Below, piece by piece: positions 63,231-64,000 of a stretch of DNA of 64,000 nucleotides. The notes under the pieces are model-generated. The model saw only the letters and a list, made by a program, of their open reading frames with translations, was not told where the DNA came from and did no database searches. The stretch comes from Macrostomum lignano (taxonomy: Eukaryota): NCBI GenBank assembly GCA_002269645.1, contig NIVC01002012.1, forward strand, positions 149,478 through 213,477. The letters are read 5' to 3'. Position 1 is the first letter of the stretch, and the number at the start of each line of letters is the position of its first letter. Made by a program: the position numbers and the translations under genes.

Positions 63231-64000
63231 GACATTAACGTAGCCAGATACTGGGACTGATGAAGCCGACTGAGGATTTTGGAGTCAGAGAATTACTATC
63301 TACTAGGCTAGCAGAAAAATACAGCACTAAGTAGCCACATTTGAATACGTGCGATAGATATATATGTCGATGCAGGACGCGAAGCAGTATATTTATCGGA
63401 TTAAACTTACTCGAAAGTACAACAGAAACGGACATATGCTAATGGCTATGCAGGGGTTAAGTTACAATCCAACTGTAACAACAGCAGCTCGATATAGACA
63501 TTCAGATTCAAAACCCTATTAAGTTAAAAAAAACTATGAAATTAAGAACAAATTGAGGTGATAATCAAAAAATTTCTACAAAATTGTAGGTCTTAGAAGT
63601 GCTTTACCGAACTTACTACTGATCTAGTAGGTTGCAAGTAGTATGGTAGTGGCCATAAAACGAAAAATCGATTATATCTACAAACGAGTAGGTTACTTAT
63701 AGAAGGCATCCATAATTAATATAATCAGCTATAAAGTTAAATTGGCTACTTTAAATAGACACGCAAGCCAAATACTAGTAAAAATAACTATTGTTAAACA
63801 ATTAGTTTATACAATGGGCTACGTAAAGGTAATTGAAAGCGCACAAGGATATGTACAGGTTTTTAAGAAAATAAAAACTAGTTCTAATATACAAAAAACT
63901 GCAAATAAAACATTCCAAACAAATAATTTATGCTTAACTTTGTTTTCTAAAAAAGACCCTTTTATATTTTAACCTTTTTTCGCGTGTTAGATTGCGCTTT

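Overview
Eukaryotic (animal) genomic DNA, not prokaryotic. It has GT-AG introns, GC-rich exons and introns packed with unrelated minisatellites. The style resembles the flatworm Macrostomum, but that is an inference. The left half (1-29 kb) is a fast-evolving paralog cluster with four copies of a gene for a secreted signal peptide + PAN/apple-like + ALK/LTK-type glycine-rich protein: two look intact, one is a frameshifted pseudogene and one is an internally deleted fragment. Interleaved with them are a triple-LRAT/PLAAT-domain membrane protein gene, an ankyrin-repeat + STE/MAP3K-like kinase gene, and a 5'-truncated Penelope-like retroelement sitting inside a GA-rich tract. The right half (32-63 kb) holds six co-oriented minus-strand genes: a TTD14-like AAA_28/CYTH gene, a THUMPD3-like methyltransferase, RAB5IF/OPTI, a 7-exon ankyrin protein, and two tandem SDR16C-type dehydrogenases. 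Two tRNA-derived SINE families, several MITE/MULE-like elements and more than 20 tandem arrays are also present. Most long ORFs in the supplied track are artefacts of tandem repeats. Exon boundaries were inferred by eye from splice consensus plus reading-frame phase; no database searches were run.
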